Shown: piece after piece, positions 8,772 through 18,885 of the stretch
Layout of the letters: each line of letters starts with the position of its first letter
Numbering within the stretch: the stretch's first letter is position 1
Virus record (IMG/VR): IMGVR_UViG_3300020366_000002
Location: 1 to 40,646 of that record
Strand: one strand, 5' to 3'
Source: a virus
Taxonomy: Duplodnaviria; Caudoviricetes
DNA length: 40,646 nucleotides
The notes under the pieces: generated by a model
Database searches by the model: none
What the model saw: the letters and a program-made list of their open reading frames with translations, nothing else
Told to the model about the DNA's origin: nothing
Position numbers and translations under genes: made by a program

Positions 8772-11700
8772 ATGTCTATATTCCAACAAATAACTACAGG
8801 AGCATCCCGCGAAGGCGTGGAAGGAGCACTTGAAAAGAAACCAGAGGAAAGTAAAGGAAACCTTATTACTGACCTTTTAGCCGCCCCTATTAGAGGTGTT
8901 GAAGGAGCTGTACAAGGTATTTACAACCTTGGTGATTATGCAATGGGAGATGCACTTCCAGATTACGATAAAAAGTTCTTAGGCACATCCGACACTATGA
9001 TCGGTGGTTTTGTAGAAGGCACAACACAGTTTCTTACAGGGTTTGTACCTGTAGCGGGACAACTAGGTAAACTAGGACAAGTTTCTAGGTTAGCCAAAGC
9101 GGGTGCTAAATCTAAGAAGTTTAAAAAGATGGCACAACGTCGTCGTATTGCTAGTGATGTAGGTGCAGGTGCTATTGCTGACTTTTTAGTATTTGATGGA
9201 CAGGAAGCACGTTTATCTAACCTTATCAACAACACACCTTTAGCTAACCCAGTTACTGACTATTTAGCCGCAACAGAAAATGATGACGAAGCTTTTGGTC
9301 GTATGAAGAATGTAGCTGAAGGTTTGTTTATTGAAGCGGGTATGCGTAGTCTTCTTGGTGGTTTCCTATCTGGTGTTCGTAAGATGAAACAGATAAGAGA
9401 AGCTAGAGTATCAGAAGATCCAGAGCTAGCTTTCCAAAAGATTTTTGATGACCTTAGAAACGACCCAGAGTTAAACGAAGGTAGAACTACAGCGGGATTA
9501 GATAAAGCGTTTACAACCTTTGTTCAGAAACGTTTTGCTACGACGTTGAACGACGACACTGTAGCTAATCCATCATCGTTTGATGTAATGGATCAGTGGG
9601 TTAAATCAGAAGATGGTCAGAACAGTCCTTATGCCCCTTTATTTAACAAGATACTTGAGTCTAACCCAGAGACACTTAAAAACACTGAGTTCGGTGGGTT
9701 CAAGCAATATGATGAGTTAAAGAAAACTGGTGGATACAATCTACAGGATCGTGTTATTACTTTAGCTGAACGTAATCAACGTAACAAAATGTTGGTAGGT
9801 GCTAACCTAGAAAAGACATTTGTACACGAATCAATGCACGCAGTAACATCTATAAAACTGTCAGAAACATTCGGTACACAACCTAAGAGTTCAGCTCCAT
9901 TAGAATTTGCACAGTATCTACGTTTCATTGAAAGAACAATGACACAGTTAACTGATGAATCACCTTTAAAAGCTATAGGTAATGCTTATCTAGATGCTGT
10001 ACTTAATGGTCAATCAAGGGCTGTATTAAGTAACCCACAGAAACTTATGGATAGCATTAAGTCACGTAGAGAAGCGGGTAGAAGTACTTATGGTCTTAAA
10101 AGTATCCATGAGTTTACAGCAGAAGCTATGACTAATCCTAAGTTCTTTAAAGACTTATATGGTGCTCAACCTCAGAATAAAGGTATAGTACATAAGATTC
10201 TAAAAGCTGTTAGAGATTTATTAGGTATACCTCAAGAGTACAATTCAGAGTTTGGTAATCTTGTTACAAGCATACGTAACGTAATGAATAAACAAGAGAC
10301 CGATATCATCAATCGTATGTATGATGAAGGTCGAATCGACGCCGACGCTATAGACGAACAAGACTTTGTTAAAGCGTTAGCTGAGGGCGATACAGATGAA
10401 TACTTTGGTGAAGGTTTCCAAACTATTAAAGCAGAAGACCTACAGAAACTTGATGACGTAGGAGCTGAACTAGGTAAGATGGATAAGATGGAATCTTTAG
10501 TGCGTGGTATTGATGAAGAAGCTGTACGTATGGACGAGTTACCACAGAAGTTTGAAGACGACGACATCACAGAAATAGCAAGAGGTGAAGACGAACGTAC
10601 TATACCAACAAGAGCTCCTGTAAAACTTGATAGTGTTAAAGGTAATATCGAAGGTCGTCAACCAAGAAACCTTCAAGTAAGCGAAAGAGTAGACAAGGTT
10701 ATTAAAGAACTAAGAGCTGAAAAGGTAAAATTATATGCAAGAACCTTTGCAAGTGTAAGAAAATTGTTTGCTAAAGTTAGAGACGAATACGGTCTTAAAA
10801 TAATAGACACTAAGTTAGACTCTAAGGGTGGACGAGTAACTCCTGCAGTACGTAGACGTGTCTTACTCAACTACCTTAGAAACAATACAGTTTTAGATAA
10901 AGAAACTAGAGGTAAAATCTTAGAATTAGTAGACTCTAAAATGTCAGATGAGTTCCAAAGAATTGATGGAGCAAAATATAGTTTGCTAAAAGATCCATCA
11001 TACCCAATGACAAATACGGATATACTAACGAGAGCTGATGATAAAAAGTTAGGTGAAAGTACTGCTCCACAACTTACACTTAGTGAGCTTGCTACTTTAG
11101 CAGACAATCCTAATTATACATTATCAATGCTTCGTAAAGGTGTAGAGCCAGAGCTGACACCAGATAGAGGTTTTGATACTGCTAGAACTGTACAGAAGAA
11201 AGGTAAACTTAAAACTGGAGATGTAAGTGTACCAGAAAATATACAACTACAACGTCCGTCGTCTACTTTACCAACACAAAGAAGAGCTCAGTTTGAGTTA
11301 GATGGCCTCAAGAAACGTGTACAAAAAGAACTAGATCTTAACGATGGTGAAACTGATGCTTTCTTTGGAGAAGGCTTCCAACAAGCTAACCAAAGATTAA
11401 TAGGTATGGATGGTATGGGTACAGATGCGTTAAACAATATGATTAAACACGCATCATCTACATCTGGTGTTATTCATATTATGCGTCGTCTTGTATCTGA
11501 TATGAAATTATACTCACCAGAAGAGAAGGTAGATATGACTCAACTAGCACAGACTTCTAACGCACTTGTAGATGCCTTTGGTGGTAGTAAAGATACTTTC
11601 GAGGCTCTTGCTCAACAGCTAAGAGGTAATGAAGGTGCTATGAATCAATTTAGATTAGAGCAGTCGGCTATTAAAATGGTTATGGATAGACTAGCGATAA

Positions 11701-14168
11701 ACGTACAGAAGGTTGCTATGGATATGAAGAAAAACGGTATGGGTAACTATACTGACAATCAACGTGTCGACTTCCTTGAAAACTTAGATAGGCTTTATGA
11801 AGTAGGGCGTCTTTGGAATATGTACGGACGTGAAGCAGGTTTAACACTACGTCAACGTGGTGGTTTGTTACAAGGTAAAGGAAGCCTTGCTGAGTTACAT
11901 ACTAAAATACTTAACCAAAACATTAACAACCGTGATGTAGGAGCTAAGGTTGCAACAGAGTCTGGTAGACAACGTTACCTTAGAAGTAAGACAATAACAC
12001 AGTCATTTGAAAAGATTGTAGACCAAGTAGCTACTGCTACAAACACAAAGCATCTTGTAAATAATGCTGACGTTAACCCTGTGATCGCCGCTAAGATAGC
12101 TAAAGGTGTACACGGTTCAAAACTTATGGATATGACTCTTGAGTATTGGACTAACTCACTCTTGTACGGCCCGACTACACAGATTGTCAATTTATTTGGT
12201 AATGGTATTACACTAGGACTTAGAGCCGCTGAGTTAACAGTAGGTTCTGCACTTACAGGTAACTTTGAAATGACTAGAGCCGCTTTAGGTACAGCTTTCC
12301 ACTTTGATATGTGGGCAGAGTCACTTAAGATGGCTGGTAAGGCATTTAAAGAAGACTCAGCACAACTTACACAGGGTAGTAAAGCATACGACGACGACTA
12401 CGTCAATATGCCTAAGATTACAGCTAGTAATGTAAACGAAGTAGTACCTATGCACATTGCAGATGCAGGTACATTTACAAGTTCTATTATTAATGGCTTT
12501 GGTAAATATGCTAGATTTCCTGGACGTATGTTAGGTGCGGGGGACGAATTATTTAAACAACTTAACTACCGTTATTACGTTAAGACAATGTTAGCGTACG
12601 ACGGGGCAGTTAAAGGTGGTCTTAAAGGTGAAGCCTTAACTAAACACGTTAAAGATGGCTTTGAAGGACTACTAGAAGAAGGTAGGGCTTATAATCAAGA
12701 CAACATCGACCTTAATTACTACAACAATGAGATTGCTCCTAAGCTTGCAGATGGTACTTATACACCTGTTGAAGCTGACAGTAAATATAAAGAGTATGTA
12801 GCTAACAGAGCTAAGATTGATGACACTGATCGTTCTAGATTAGCCGAGAAAGCCTTAGAGTACGCCAAAGAAAACACATTTACATCTGACTTAGATGAGA
12901 ATAGTGTATTCGGTATTGTATCTAAGCACCTTAATCAACTTAAACGTAACCCTGTAACACGTGGGTTAAGCTTTATTGTACCGTTCGTTAGAACTCCTAC
13001 AAATATCTTAGCGTTTGCTGTTGATCGTACTCCGTTAGGTCGTCAACACTTAGCATTCTACGCAGATGGTGTTAAAGGTATTAGTAATTTAATAGCTAAA
13101 ACACAATTCCAGTACAAATCAGCTCTTAATTCAGCAGATCCTGTAGTAAAAGCACAAGCTTACGGTAAGTTAGCCACTACAACAGCCGCAGTTGGCGTAG
13201 GATTGCACTATGCGTACTCTAATAGTGAGTATTTAACAGGTGGAGGGCCAACAGATACAGACCGTAGACGTGCATTACAGATGAAAGGATGGCAACCATA
13301 CTCAATTAAGGTTGGAGACAAGTATTATAGCTACCAAAAGGCTGACCCTATGTCTACTGTACTAGGTATGTATGTAGATATGGCTGAAGCTATTCGTTAT
13401 CACGATATGGATCAAGAGCAAGCTGAATGGATTATGGGTGTTATTGGTCTATCGTTCATCAACAACATCGGTAACAAATCATTCCTTCAAGGTTTAGATA
13501 ATATTATGGGCGTTATGCAAGACCCTGTAGGTTCATCTTCTAGATTAGTAGGTGACATCGGGGCAGGCTTTATGCCAGGATATATCCAACAAGTAGGTAA
13601 CGTACAGAAGTTCCGTGAAATTAAAGAAGCACGTACAATGCTTGATGCGTTCCTAAAGCGTAGTCCATTTAGAGACTCCTTGATGCCTAAACGTAACGTG
13701 TTAGGTGAGAAGATAATGATTGAGAATCCAGACTTTGGACTTGGTGTTGTTACTCCTGTATATATGAGTAGCGTTAACACAGACCCTGTTAACCAAGAGA
13801 TTGGTAGACTTAACAAAGGATTTAGTATTCCTAAGTCAAAACTTATGAACACCTTTGATATGCGTCAGTATGAGAACGACGAAGGACAGACAGCCTTTGA
13901 TAGATACCAAGAGCTCACTGGTGAAGTTAAGGTAGATGGTAAGACACTTAGAGAAGCTCTAACAGGTCTTACAAAGTCTAGTTACTACAACAATCTAGAT
14001 GATGGTACTGACCAAGAACTTAACTTAGGTGTACAACCACCACGTGTGAAAGCAATGCAAAAGATTATCAATAGATATCGTAAGTTTGCTAAATCAGAAC
14101 TACTAAATGAATTCCCAGAACTTCGTGAACAGATGGATGAACTCCTACGTAAACGTCAACTTATTTAA
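8772..14168 (+). CDS. Internal virion protein D (gp16-like) with internal HExxH metallopeptidase-like domain
   Basis: 1798 aa, synteny, C-terminal motifs PFVRTPTNI and GWQPYSIKVGDKYYSYQKADP. HESMH at 9825-9839 with downstream HEFTAEAMTNPKF. Confidence 0.85.
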   Translation: MSIFQQITTGASREGVEGALEKKPEESKGNLITDLLAAPIRGVEGAVQGIYNLGDYAMGDALPDYDKKFLGTSDTMIGGFVEGTTQFLTGFVPVAGQLGKLGQVSRLAKAGAKSKKFKKMAQRRRIASDVGAGAIADFLVFDGQEARLSNLINNTPLANPVTDYLAATENDDEAFGRMKNVAEGLFIEAGMRSLLGGFLSGVRKMKQIREARVSEDPELAFQKIFDDLRNDPELNEGRTTAGLDKAFTTFVQKRFATTLNDDTVANPSSFDVMDQWVKSEDGQNSPYAPLFNKILESNPETLKNTEFGGFKQYDELKKTGGYNLQDRVITLAERNQRNKMLVGANLEKTFVHESMHAVTSIKLSETFGTQPKSSAPLEFAQYLRFIERTMTQLTDESPLKAIGNAYLDAVLNGQSRAVLSNPQKLMDSIKSRREAGRSTYGLKSIHEFTAEAMTNPKFFKDLYGAQPQNKGIVHKILKAVRDLLGIPQEYNSEFGNLVTSIRNVMNKQETDIINRMYDEGRIDADAIDEQDFVKALAEGDTDEYFGEGFQTIKAEDLQKLDDVGAELGKMDKMESLVRGIDEEAVRMDELPQKFEDDDITEIARGEDERTIPTRAPVKLDSVKGNIEGRQPRNLQVSERVDKVIKELRAEKVKLYARTFASVRKLFAKVRDEYGLKIIDTKLDSKGGRVTPAVRRRVLLNYLRNNTVLDKETRGKILELVDSKMSDEFQRIDGAKYSLLKDPSYPMTNTDILTRADDKKLGESTAPQLTLSELATLADNPNYTLSMLRKGVEPELTPDRGFDTARTVQKKGKLKTGDVSVPENIQLQRPSSTLPTQRRAQFELDGLKKRVQKELDLNDGETDAFFGEGFQQANQRLIGMDGMGTDALNNMIKHASSTSGVIHIMRRLVSDMKLYSPEEKVDMTQLAQTSNALVDAFGGSKDTFEALAQQLRGNEGAMNQFRLEQSAIKMVMDRLAINVQKVAMDMKKNGMGNYTDNQRVDFLENLDRLYEVGRLWNMYGREAGLTLRQRGGLLQGKGSLAELHTKILNQNINNRDVGAKVATESGRQRYLRSKTITQSFEKIVDQVATATNTKHLVNNADVNPVIAAKIAKGVHGSKLMDMTLEYWTNSLLYGPTTQIVNLFGNGITLGLRAAELTVGSALTGNFEMTRAALGTAFHFDMWAESLKMAGKAFKEDSAQLTQGSKAYDDDYVNMPKITASNVNEVVPMHIADAGTFTSSIINGFGKYARFPGRMLGAGDELFKQLNYRYYVKTMLAYDGAVKGGLKGEALTKHVKDGFEGLLEEGRAYNQDNIDLNYYNNEIAPKLADGTYTPVEADSKYKEYVANRAKIDDTDRSRLAEKALEYAKENTFTSDLDENSVFGIVSKHLNQLKRNPVTRGLSFIVPFVRTPTNILAFAVDRTPLGRQHLAFYADGVKGISNLIAKTQFQYKSALNSADPVVKAQAYGKLATTTAAVGVGLHYAYSNSEYLTGGGPTDTDRRRALQMKGWQPYSIKVGDKYYSYQKADPMSTVLGMYVDMAEAIRYHDMDQEQAEWIMGVIGLSFINNIGNKSFLQGLDNIMGVMQDPVGSSSRLVGDIGAGFMPGYIQQVGNVQKFREIKEARTMLDAFLKRSPFRDSLMPKRNVLGEKIMIENPDFGLGVVTPVYMSSVNTDPVNQEIGRLNKGFSIPKSKLMNTFDMRQYENDEGQTAFDRYQELTGEVKVDGKTLREALTGLTKSSYYNNLDDGTDQELNLGVQPPRVKAMQKIINRYRKFAKSELLNEFPELREQMDELLRKRQLI

Positions 14169-14173
14169 ATATA

Positions 14174-15457
14174 ATGCCTAACTCATATATAGAACCAACA
14201 CCCTCGAACTCAGCTATTGATGTTTCGTCACTAAACTATATCTCTATAGACGACCTCCACGCTAGAGGAAGTAATAATGGCGGGACGTCGTGGACGAACC
14301 TAACTATTAGTAGTAGAGATGCTTCAGCTAAAACTGTAACAGTAACAAGCGGGGCAAGCTATAGTACACTTAGAATCTACAGACTGACCACCCAAGAACC
14401 ACTTGTAGATTTTACAACAGGTGCAGTATTGACAGAAGCTGATTTAGATAAAGCTTATCAACAAGGTTTATTTGCGGCACAAGAAGTTAATGAAAATGCT
14501 TCTGGTCAATCCGTAGCTGACCCACAAAATATAGAACAAAGTCAATTAGCTAGTGACTTTGAGTTACCTACGTCTAAGCTTGCTGTTGATGATATTAGTT
14601 TAGGTACTATTAACTTAAAAGATATAAGCGAAGGAGGTTCGGGTAATGCGACAGTAAAGTGTTTTAGAACTGGTACAACAGATCACTTATTACTTTACGG
14701 TGAAGATCATATCGGTCTTAGGGTAGGTTCAAATATCTTTGCTCAAGAAGGTCTTAAACTAACAAGACTCGCCACGCAATCAGACGGTTCTAACTACGAT
14801 ATGACACTTACTGCTCCTAATCTTCGTAAAGAAGATATAACTGATAATAAAGCATTAGTTACTAAAGAGTATTTAGACGACGCACAGACTAGCCAGAACA
14901 CAACACTAGGTACTATTTATGTTGCTAAAACCGATGAATTATCACAAAAAGTAATTAATTGGACGTTTAACGGTCTTACTAATGATTTAGAATCTGACCT
15001 TGGGATTTATGCTGATAGGACTGGGTGGACGTTACAAGTTAATACTACAGGAGGAAACGAATCAGACTTTCTGAGTGATAATGGTAAGTATTTTGGAGCA
15101 CCTCTACAAACAACAAGTGGTCATGCTCTTTATGGTACTTGGAAAATCGAAATCAGTTGGTTTGCAGGGATAGATAAGGGAAGTGGAGGTAGTGACGTTC
15201 AATCTCGATTATACGCGACTCAAAAAGCTAGTGCCGAAGGAGATGATCTAATTACCTTAGGAATGGGCGGTGCTGAAGCAACTACCAATAAAGGTTCTAG
15301 TTTGCATTGGAGTCAAATACTTAAATCTACTGGTAATTCAGATGATGTATTACGTAGATACTTCTTTCCACACGTTGACGAAACAAGTGCAATGGATATT
15401 GACGCAGGCACTATGCAAGCATCCATCACAATAAGTAAAATTTCAAATTCAGTATAA
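14174..15457 (+). CDS. Tail fibre protein (T7 gp17-like N-terminal anchor)
   Basis: LRIYRLT...LVDFTTGAVLTEADLDKAYQQGLFAAQE matches the gp17 N-terminal pattern; follows gp16. Confidence 0.85.
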   Translation: MPNSYIEPTPSNSAIDVSSLNYISIDDLHARGSNNGGTSWTNLTISSRDASAKTVTVTSGASYSTLRIYRLTTQEPLVDFTTGAVLTEADLDKAYQQGLFAAQEVNENASGQSVADPQNIEQSQLASDFELPTSKLAVDDISLGTINLKDISEGGSGNATVKCFRTGTTDHLLLYGEDHIGLRVGSNIFAQEGLKLTRLATQSDGSNYDMTLTAPNLRKEDITDNKALVTKEYLDDAQTSQNTTLGTIYVAKTDELSQKVINWTFNGLTNDLESDLGIYADRTGWTLQVNTTGGNESDFLSDNGKYFGAPLQTTSGHALYGTWKIEISWFAGIDKGSGGSDVQSRLYATQKASAEGDDLITLGMGGAEATTNKGSSLHWSQILKSTGNSDDVLRRYFFPHVDETSAMDIDAGTMQASITISKISNSV

Positions 15458-15460
15458 TAA

Positions 15461-15616
15461 ATGAACTCTCAACATTTACCTTCAGCAGTAGGAATCGTAG
15501 GACTCCTCGGAACAATAACGCTAAGTGACATTAACACATTGATTGCAATATGTGTTGGTGTGACTACCCTAGTATACCTTGGGATAAAAATTTATAAAGA
15601 AATAAGAAACCAATGA
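15461..15616 (+). CDS. Putative holin (51 aa, absent from the ORF track)
   Basis: MNSQHLPSAVGIVGLLGTITLSDINTLIAICVGVTTLVYLGIKIYKEIRNQ: hydrophobic segments and a charged tail. Sits at the gp17.5 position with an ATGA overlap into terS. Confidence 0.75.
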   Translation: MNSQHLPSAVGIVGLLGTITLSDINTLIAICVGVTTLVYLGIKIYKEIRNQ

Positions 15617-15843
15617 GTGATAAATCCTTAAAATTACACAATCTACAAGATATCATCATCGACGACTTAATCAATAAGATTAAATCTGGAGAGGCTACAG
15701 CATCAGAATTAAGTGTTGCTAGACAACTCCTAAAAGACAATGGTATTCAAGCAGTAGCAACCGACGACTCGCCAATGAAAGAACTTGTAGCAAGTTTACC
15801 GTTTGACGACGACTCAGAACACGTTAAGTTAAATGTCAAGTAG
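15613..15843 (+). CDS. Terminase small subunit (gp18-like)
   Basis: IKSGEATASELSVARQLLKDNGI...LPF motif; lies upstream of terL. Confidence 0.9.
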   Translation: MSDKSLKLHNLQDIIIDDLINKIKSGEATASELSVARQLLKDNGIQAVATDDSPMKELVASLPFDDDSEHVKLNVK

Positions 15844-16060
15844 AAACTATAGAAAAGAATATGACTCTTACCATAAAAGAAGTAAGCAGAAAAAACGTAG
15901 AGCGGGACGTAACAAAGCTCGACGTATGCTTATTCGTGAAAGGGGCAAACAAGCCCTCAAAGGTAAAGACGTCGACCACAAAGACCGTAACCCTAAAAAC
16001 AACTCTAGACGAAACTTAAGAATACAGTCTAGATCTAGGAACAGGTCTAGAAATAAATAA
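15833..16060 (+). CDS. Small basic HNH-like protein
   Basis: DVDHKDRNPKNNSRRNLRI (H-N-N pattern); very Arg/Lys-rich. Confidence 0.7.
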   Translation: MSSRNYRKEYDSYHKRSKQKKRRAGRNKARRMLIRERGKQALKGKDVDHKDRNPKNNSRRNLRIQSRSRNRSRNK

Positions 16061-16063
16061 CAT

Positions 16064-17734
16064 ATGGAAATCCCCGATCAGCTTCGGGACTTTAGGAACT
16101 TCCTTTTTGCAACTTGGAAACACCTAAATCTCCCAAAACCTACAGAAATTCAGTATGAGATTGCTGAGTTTATGCAGAATGGCCCTAAAAGAGGTATTAT
16201 TGAAGGCTTTCGGGGTGTTGGTAAGTCTTGGATCTGTTCTAGCTACGTTGTACACCAATTATTCCTAGATCCAAGCAAGAATATCCTTGTTGTATCAGCC
16301 TCTAAGACACGTTCTGATGACTTTAGTACGTTTACCCTTAGGTTGATCCACGAAATGCCCATATTGGCTCATTTAATACCCTCACAGAGCCAAAGATTTA
16401 GTAAGATATCGTTCGACGTCGGGCCTGCCCCTGCCTCACACGCCCCATCCGTTAAGTCACTAGGCGTCACTAGCCAACTTACAGGGTCACGTGCGGACAT
16501 CATTGTCGCAGACGACATCGAAGTACCCAGTAACTCGGCTACCCACGGGATGCGATGGAAGCTTAGTGAACAAGTTAAAGAGTTTGACGCTATCTTAAAG
16601 CCCCTAGAAGACTCTAAGATCATCTTTCTAGGCACTCCTCAGACCGAGGACAGCATATACAATACCCTTTTAAATCGTGACTACACAGCACGTATATGGC
16701 CTGCTAGGTTTGTATCAGAAACAGAGAACGAATCTAGTTATAACAGTAATGTAAGTCCATACTGTGTAAACCTTGAGAAACAAGGACAATCTACAGAACC
16801 TCTTAGATTCTCAGATGTAGACCTAGATGAGCGTGAAATCTCCTATGGTCGCTCTGGGTTCGCTATGCAGTTCATGTTGAACACTAGGCGTTCTGATATG
16901 GATCGCTACCCACTTAAACTAAATGAGTTAATAGTGATGGACGTCGACAACGAACTAGCACCCGAGAAGGTTCTGTGGGCACACTCACCAGACCTAGCGT
17001 GGGACAGTAGTGTACCTAATGTAGGTTTCTCTACAGACCGTTACCACAGGCCTCTGAAGCTCGTAGGAGACCACATACCGTACACAGGGTGTGTTATGTC
17101 TATTGACCCTTCTGGACGTGGTAAGGATGAGACTGCGTGGGCTGTAGTAAAGATGCTTAATGGTTATCTATACGTCATCGACGCAGGAGGTATGCAAGGA
17201 GGTTACTCTGAGGAGGTACTACTTGCTCTTGCCAAAAAAGCCAAAAAATACGCTGTCAACGAAATAGTCGTCGAAAGTAACTTTGGTGATGGAATGTTCT
17301 CTGAGATATTTAAGCCGATCATAGGAAAGATCCATCCAACAACCATTTCCGAGGTACGTCACAACACCCAAAAGGAGAAACGTATCATCGACACTCTCGA
17401 GCCAGTTATGAACAGCCATAGGCTGATTATTGACCCCACAGTAATTCAGAGAGACTTTGAGTCCGCCCAAGGGTATCCCCAAGAAAGTCAGTTGAGATAT
17501 CAGTTGTTCTATCAAATGAGCAGAATCACCAGTGCTAGAGGAGCTATTAGTCACGACGATAGACTAGACGCACTAGCCATAGCTGTCAATTATTGGGTAG
17601 AACAAATGGCACAAGATGCAAATCTCAAGATGGACAATAGAAAAGAAGAGTTACTAAATGAAGAGCTACAAAGATTCGAGGATAGCTTTTACAAGCGTTC
17701 TAAGGGGTCTAGAAGCTCTTTGACGTGGACTTGA
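16064..17734 (+). CDS. Terminase large subunit (gp19-like)
   Basis: GFRGVGKSW, GSRADIIVADDIE, IDPSGRGKDET, ESNFGDG and HDDRLDALA motifs. Confidence 0.97.
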   Translation: MEIPDQLRDFRNFLFATWKHLNLPKPTEIQYEIAEFMQNGPKRGIIEGFRGVGKSWICSSYVVHQLFLDPSKNILVVSASKTRSDDFSTFTLRLIHEMPILAHLIPSQSQRFSKISFDVGPAPASHAPSVKSLGVTSQLTGSRADIIVADDIEVPSNSATHGMRWKLSEQVKEFDAILKPLEDSKIIFLGTPQTEDSIYNTLLNRDYTARIWPARFVSETENESSYNSNVSPYCVNLEKQGQSTEPLRFSDVDLDEREISYGRSGFAMQFMLNTRRSDMDRYPLKLNELIVMDVDNELAPEKVLWAHSPDLAWDSSVPNVGFSTDRYHRPLKLVGDHIPYTGCVMSIDPSGRGKDETAWAVVKMLNGYLYVIDAGGMQGGYSEEVLLALAKKAKKYAVNEIVVESNFGDGMFSEIFKPIIGKIHPTTISEVRHNTQKEKRIIDTLEPVMNSHRLIIDPTVIQRDFESAQGYPQESQLRYQLFYQMSRITSARGAISHDDRLDALAIAVNYWVEQMAQDANLKMDNRKEELLNEELQRFEDSFYKRSKGSRSSLTWT

Positions 17735-17802
17735 GTACCAAGAGCCCATTTAGGGGTAGAACACCCCTTAGAGACGATTCTGACGATGATTACCTTAAAT
17801 CA

Positions 17803-17815
17803 AGGACTAATATGA
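17803..17815 (+). promoter_or_regulatory. Candidate phage RNAP promoter, copy 1 (right-end, phiOR-like position)
   Basis: AGGACTAATATGA, identical at 32241 and 34960. Followed by GGGAG. Its ATG opens only 4 codons. Confidence 0.6.
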
Positions 17816-17820
17816 GGGAG

Positions 17821-17905
17821 TACTAAGTGTACACTAAGTGTTTTATACATTATAAGTGTTCTATTAGTCATCAACAACGTCAACACTAAGAGTACACCTA
17901 GTGAG
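17821..17905. repeat. Short ACTAAG/ACAC repeats downstream of terL
   Basis: tactaagtgtacactaagtgt ... acactaagagtacacctagtg. Position resembles the T7 right-end short repeats. Confidence 0.45.
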
Positions 17906-17950
17906 TTTTAGGGTTGACATATAGTATTTATATAACTATTAATAGTAATT

Positions 17951-18214
17951 ATGAGTGACCGACCACAACGACGCAAGGCCTTAACGCCTCTACAATCTGC
18001 CGCAGGTATACTGGGGGAGCATTATGAGCATTTCGTTATTATGGTCAACGATGAGCCTCACTCAGTGCGTCTCGAATATGACAATAGTCTTAGTGCTCTC
18101 GGTATGATCGAAACAGGACACAAGTTGATCTCTAAGAATCTTATGAGTGACGCTGAAGAGGACTTTGAGATCGTCTGGGACGACGAAGATGACGACGAAG
18201 AAGAGGCTATATAA
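17951..18214 (+). CDS. Hypothetical protein with acidic C-terminus
   Basis: 87-aa ORF, preceded by TTGACA at 17914 and followed by a hairpin. Confidence 0.7.
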   Translation: MSDRPQRRKALTPLQSAAGILGEHYEHFVIMVNDEPHSVRLEYDNSLSALGMIETGHKLISKNLMSDAEEDFEIVWDDEDDDEEEAI

Positions 18215-18242
18215 TTTTTTTTGTGTGTATATGTGAACCATA

Positions 18243-18296
18243 AGCCACTCTAGGAGTTTTAATGTAATAGTTTCTACCTAGAGTGGCTATTTTGTT
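18243..18296 (+). terminator. Hairpin/terminator closing the + strand late region
   Basis: 12-bp perfect stem agccactctagg/cctagagtggct with a 22-nt loop, then attttgtt. Confidence 0.55.
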
Positions 18297-18532
18297 GCAA
18301 AAATCTGAGAGGGTTTATATATACGTCGACACTTAGGTTTCCCCCGAGGGTCTTTGGCGTACGCAAAATTCGATGATAGTCGAGGGTCTTTGACATTTTT
18401 CTGACACGGGGGCTTTGAACCACTGCAAACAACAGAATACCAAGGGATTACATATCCATTTTGACTGTTGAACAATCTGACGCAACGAACTTGCCTTTGT
18501 TTGTTGTTGCAGGGGTTTTTTGCCTATGACAT

Positions 18533-18568
18533 AAAAAAACCCTAAGCACACATAGGCACTTAGGGCTT
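18533..18568 (-). terminator. Rho-independent terminator after the 99-aa reverse gene
   Basis: Minus strand reads agccctaagtgc-ctatgt-gtgcttagggt followed by a T run. Confidence 0.85.
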
Positions 18569-18585
18569 GATGATAGTAGATAAAC

Positions 18586-18885
18586 TTAGAAATCTAGGCG
18601 AACTGGCAACTCATACCTTAGAGCTCCCTTCGAATCAATATGGGACGATACTTCGATGACATCCCCTACTGAAAACGCAGGATGGCTTTTCTCATTATGC
18701 CACAACACCACCTTGATTGGGCGAGCATCATCACTGACCTTAACGAAGCACTCAACGGCCCACGAATCATTCGACGACGCAGGCTTGCCTTTGGCATTCT
18801 GCATCTTAGGATTGATACGCATAACCTTTGCTTTGCTATAGCTTAAGTCAACGACGGAATTTGCAATAATAACTGAATCTTTCAT
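18586..18885 (-). CDS. Hypothetical protein, possible OB-fold nucleic-acid-binding protein
   Basis: Beta-rich, with KAKVMRI, IKVVLW and FSVGDVIEV patterns typical of OB folds. Has an AT-rich leader and its own terminator. Confidence 0.6.
   Translation of the reverse strand: MKDSVIIANSVVDLSYSKAKVMRINPKMQNAKGKPASSNDSWAVECFVKVSDDARPIKVVLWHNEKSHPAFSVGDVIEVSSHIDSKGALRYELPVRLDF

Noticed and set aside
797-17554. Minus-strand ORFs inside structural genes (for example 2812-3327, 6211-6612, 13487-13852)
   Set aside because: They are antisense shadows of well-supported genes and carry no motifs.
18287-18551. ORFs 18287-18475 and 18333-18551
   Set aside because: They lie beyond or across a terminator in the presumed terminal region and do not look protein-like.
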